Translations under genes and position numbers: made by a program
Assembly: GCA_900617105.1 (NCBI GenBank)
Contig: UYFQ01000569.1
Location: 1 to 45,016, forward strand
DNA: 45,016 nt
Reading direction: 5' to 3'
DNA from: Hydrurus foetidus
Lineage: Eukaryota
The notes under the pieces: model-generated
What the model saw: the letters and a program-made list of their open reading frames with translations, nothing else
Told to the model about the DNA's origin: nothing
Databases searched by the model: none
Shown: in pieces, positions 41,490 through 45,016 of the stretch
Numbering within the stretch: the first letter of the stretch is position 1
Layout: each line of letters opens with the position of its first letter

Positions 41490-44400
41490 CTTACGTAACA
41501 ACTGTGGAAAGGGTCCTTTTCTCAAGGGACGATGTGCTCTTGGACAGCCAGGCTTCGGTGAACGTATTCTGTAATCGGGAGTTGCTGAGCAACGTGAGAC
41601 GGTCGGAGACGAAAGTTGTGCTGAACGGGGTTCAAGCCAAAGCGTCGGGAGTCGCGATAGACCAAGAAGGAGATTTCCTAGACGTGGGGAAGTGCTACTT
41701 CAGCAGAGAAGCTACAGCGAACATCTTGTCGTACGCCGTAATGGTCGACGGAGGTAACGACGTGAGTTATGACAAGGTCAACGACCGGTTCATACTCAAA
41801 CCGGCTGGGAGCCGGAGAGTATACTCGTTCTGCAGGAAGAACGTTAGTGGAAGTGAAGGGAGGTTTTACTGCTGTCATGTGAAGACGGTGGTACAGGATG
41901 AGCCTACAACCTATCCTGAGCCGAACGATCATGCGATGATCGAAACCGTGGAGAATAACTCAACAAGATATACTAAGCGCGAGATCGCTGGGGCGAATAG
42001 AGCGCGACTACTGTTGGCTAAGATGGGGTTCCCATCAGTGAGGAACGCCATCGACATCGCGACACGTGGCACCAATTTCGACGTCACAGCCAGAGACTTC
42101 GCCGTAGCGGAGGACATCTATGGGAAGGATATTGCATCGATGAAGGGCAAAACCAAGAAGCGAGTCTCGATATGCGCTGACATTACAGTCGGTGCTGCTG
42201 TAGTGCAGGTGGAACAGGTCTTGTCGATTGATGTGATGTTCGTAGATGGTGTGCCGTCTCTGATCGGATTAGCCACACCGTTGGACCTAACGATGGCTGT
42301 GACTTTGTCGGCATTCGACTCAGCACAGGGTCCGAGGTCGGCAGCCGTCGTGAAGAAAGGAATCGACGGATTCATTGCGACCCTGGCCTCCAGAAACTTT
42401 GTTACGAGGATGATAATGAGTGACGGTGAGGGTGCAGTGGGTAAGATCAAGGAGGACCTTAACATGCTGGGTATGGAGGTCGACATCTCTGGGGCTGGGG
42501 GGCATGTGGCGAGAATAGAACGGAAGATACAGACGGTAAAGGAAAGGCTGCGGGCGTACATTGCTCATCAATTACCATTCACTCTAACATACCTGGGCGT
42601 GGCGATGTTAGTACTGTTCTGTGTCTCTAGGTTAAACTATCAAGTCTCGTCGGTAAGCGGCTCAGGAGAGAGTCCGCGAGTGATGTTCTCTGGAAGACAG
42701 ACGGACGGGAAGATGGACTTCAGAGCAGGATTCGGAGAATACGCCCAATGCACCGTACCGAACACCAATAACACTATGGAATCAAGGACGGAAGACTGTA
42801 TCGTCATGCTGCCAACGGGAAACAGGACGGGATCAGTGAAAATGATGTCGATCAGTACTGGTAAGCTGATCACTAGAGATCAATTTAAAATACTACCGAT
42901 GCCGTCTTACATTATCACAAGGTTGAACGAGATGGCAATGGCTGAAGGAAGGAAATTGCTACGAAGATCCAAGATGGTATACAACGTTGAAGGAGGGTTG
43001 CGAAGAACGGAAGGACCCACGTACATACGGCCGACCCAAGATCCTGCGGGTGATATGGACCCGGTAGTCACGGCCAATCCGTACACCCAGCTAGATATGG
43101 ACGAAGGAGAGAGAGAAGAATACCAATTCGATCCGGCGATGGTCAATGACATCATGGGATACCCTGAAGACTACGATGCACCGATCGTACAGGGTGGTCA
43201 ATTCAATATGCAGGACTTGGACGTGGGAGAGCTCGAGGAGTTTCCAACGGTTGAAACCGGAGAATACCATCATGCGGATGCATCCGTGCCGTGTACCCTC
43301 CCAGAGAATACACAGACATCTGTAAATACGAACGTGCCAACGACATATAGTTCAGAAACGGGAGTCAACCTCGGTAATACATACGGTGACCATGACGTGG
43401 CGCTGTACGCTTACCGCACGAGCTATATCGAGAGCGTATCTGAGGAATGTGTGATGAATATCACTGTGAAGGAAGCGCTCAAGAGTAGGGGTGAGGAAGC
43501 AAAGAGGGTCATCAAGAAGGAATTGAAGCAAATGCTCGACAAGCGAGTATGGACTCCAGTGCATGTGTCACAGCTGAATGCAATAGAGAAGAAGAGCATC
43601 ATCCGGTCCCAAATGTTCCTGAAAGAGAAGTACCTTCCTACGGGACAGTTCGAGAAGCTTAAAGCCAGACTGGTGGCCGGAGGCAACCAGCAGGACAAAG
43701 ATCTGTACGATGACATATCTTCGCCCACAGTATCGACTAGTGCGGTCATGACGGTATTTGCGGTAGCGGCCTTCGAGAACAGGAAAGGGAGTGTAATGGA
43801 CATTGGGGGTGCATTTCTAAATGCAAAAATGGGAAAGGTCGTTATGTATATGCGACTAGACCCGACAATGTCGTCCATACTTAACGAGATAGATGGAACG
43901 TACAGCACGTACGCGGACAACAGAGGATGTACTGTGGTACGTCTTGAGAAGGCCCTGTACGGGTGCGTAGAGTCCGCAGCACTGTGGTACAACAACCTGT
44001 CTGCGTCGCTAATGGACGCCGGGTTTAAGAGGAATGAATACGAGATATGCGTTTACAATAAGAGGAATTCGAGCGGGGTGCAATGCACAGTGGCCGTCCA
44101 CGTGGATGATCTTATCATCACTAGTGAAAGTGAAGAAATGATATCAGACCTAAAGGTATTCATGAAAAACAGGTATGGGGAAATAACGTCCGCAGACGGA
44201 CCCGTACTGAACTACCTTGGTATGGTATTTGATCTATCCATTCGAGGACAAGTTAAAATGACTATGCAGGGATACGTTGAAAACACCATAGCGTACAGCG
44301 GGATCGTTGGACACGCCAAGAGCCCTGCTACCAGTGGACTGTTCGACACCAGAGATGGTGCGGTGCTGGTGGCAGAATCGCAGAGGTCATGGTTCCATAG

Positions 44401-45016
44401 CGTGGTAGCCAAACTTGCATATCTGGCGAAACGGGCGAGACCAGAGTGTCTTACCGCTGTTGCGTACCTGGCCACGCGGGTAACGAAGTGCACCGTGGAC
44501 GACATCGAGAAGCTGAAGCGGGTGGTGCAATATATTGCGTACACTAGAGAACGTGGGGTGATCCTTAGACCGGGGAAACTGGGGGTGTGCGTACGGCTGT
44601 ACGTGGATGCGGCATACGGAGTGCACGGTGACGGCAAGTCGCACACAGGGAGCTGTGTCGTGATAGGGGACGTTGGAGCTGTTCACTGCAAGTCGTGCAA
44701 GCAGAGCATTGTGACCAAATCGAGCACGGAAGCGGAGCTGATAGCCCTATCGGACTCAGCGAATCAAGGACTGTATATCCGGAATTTCCTCCTGGCGCAG
44801 GGACATGCGGTGCAACCGATTACTGTGTACCAGGATAATACATCATGTATGGCTCTCATGGAGAGAGGAAGATCGGGTGCAGAGAGGACACGGCATATCT
44901 CTATCAGATACTTCTGGTTGCGAGAGCGGATGGAAATGAAGGAAGCGACTGTGGTGCACAAAGGAACAAAGGAGATGTACGCGAACGTACTTACCAAGCC
45001 GTTACAAGGGTCTCAA
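41402..45016 (+). CDS. pol: Copia-B Pol (PR-INT-RT-RNase H), 3'-partial; absent from the ORF track because it has no stop in the window
   Basis: Manual translation: LLDSQAS, SIDVMF/SDGEG/IERKI, LKARLVAGG, MDIGGAFL, KALYG, VHVDDL, YVDAAY, STEAEL, QDN, ANVLTKPLQG. The same frame holds at 41402 and at the window end. Confidence 0.92.

Larger units (their letters stand above)
30818..45016 (+). mobile_element. Ty1/Copia 'Copia-B' (3' end outside the window; true start probably 22994), interrupted by Copia-C
   Basis: LTR-like segment with TATATATAAG at ~30922-30933; gag at 31115 and 40979; PR-INT-RT-RH from 41402 to the window end. Confidence 0.9.

Noticed and set aside
41678..44997. Series of minus-strand ORFs up to 190 aa
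   Set aside because: They are antisense shadows of the continuous plus-strand Copia-B pol.
1..45016. tRNA, rRNA or prokaryotic defence systems
   Set aside because: None recognised; the RT and YR genes are accounted for by eukaryotic retrotransposon architecture.

Overview
Eukaryotic genomic DNA (GT-AG introns; the element types suggest a stramenopile/ochrophyte-like host, which is inference only). About 85% of the window is nested transposable elements around a two-gene host island. Left to right: (1) a chromodomain-bearing Ty3/Gypsy element (1 to ~5220, +). (2) A decayed Ty1/Copia element ('Copia-A', 5832-12165, -) whose 5' LTR is interrupted by (3) a PIF/Harbinger DNA transposon (12166-17887), which itself carries (4) a second, transposase-less Harbinger encoding only a Myb/SANT protein (15935-17779). 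(5) An 8-exon CDK11/CDKG-like kinase gene (+) and a convergent intronless glycosyltransferase-like gene (-). (6) A tyrosine-recombinase retrotransposon with split direct repeats (Ngaro/PAT-like, 23000-30817, -) carrying an extra repeat unit, apparently inserted 6 bp into the 5' LTR of (7) a second Copia ('Copia-B', runs off the right end). (8) The gag of Copia-B is split by a very young, large, divergent Copia ('Copia-C', 31675-40973; LTRs look identical, CATCT TSD). Most notable: Copia-C has ~825 aa, including a ~300 aa unrecognised globular-looking domain, between Gag and protease; and three candidate recoding signals sit at gag/pol junctions (UGA-CUA readthrough in the YR element, a G_GUA_AAC -1 site in Copia-A, a +1 AAA-A site in Copia-C). 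Everything was read by eye; no database searches or folding computations were run.
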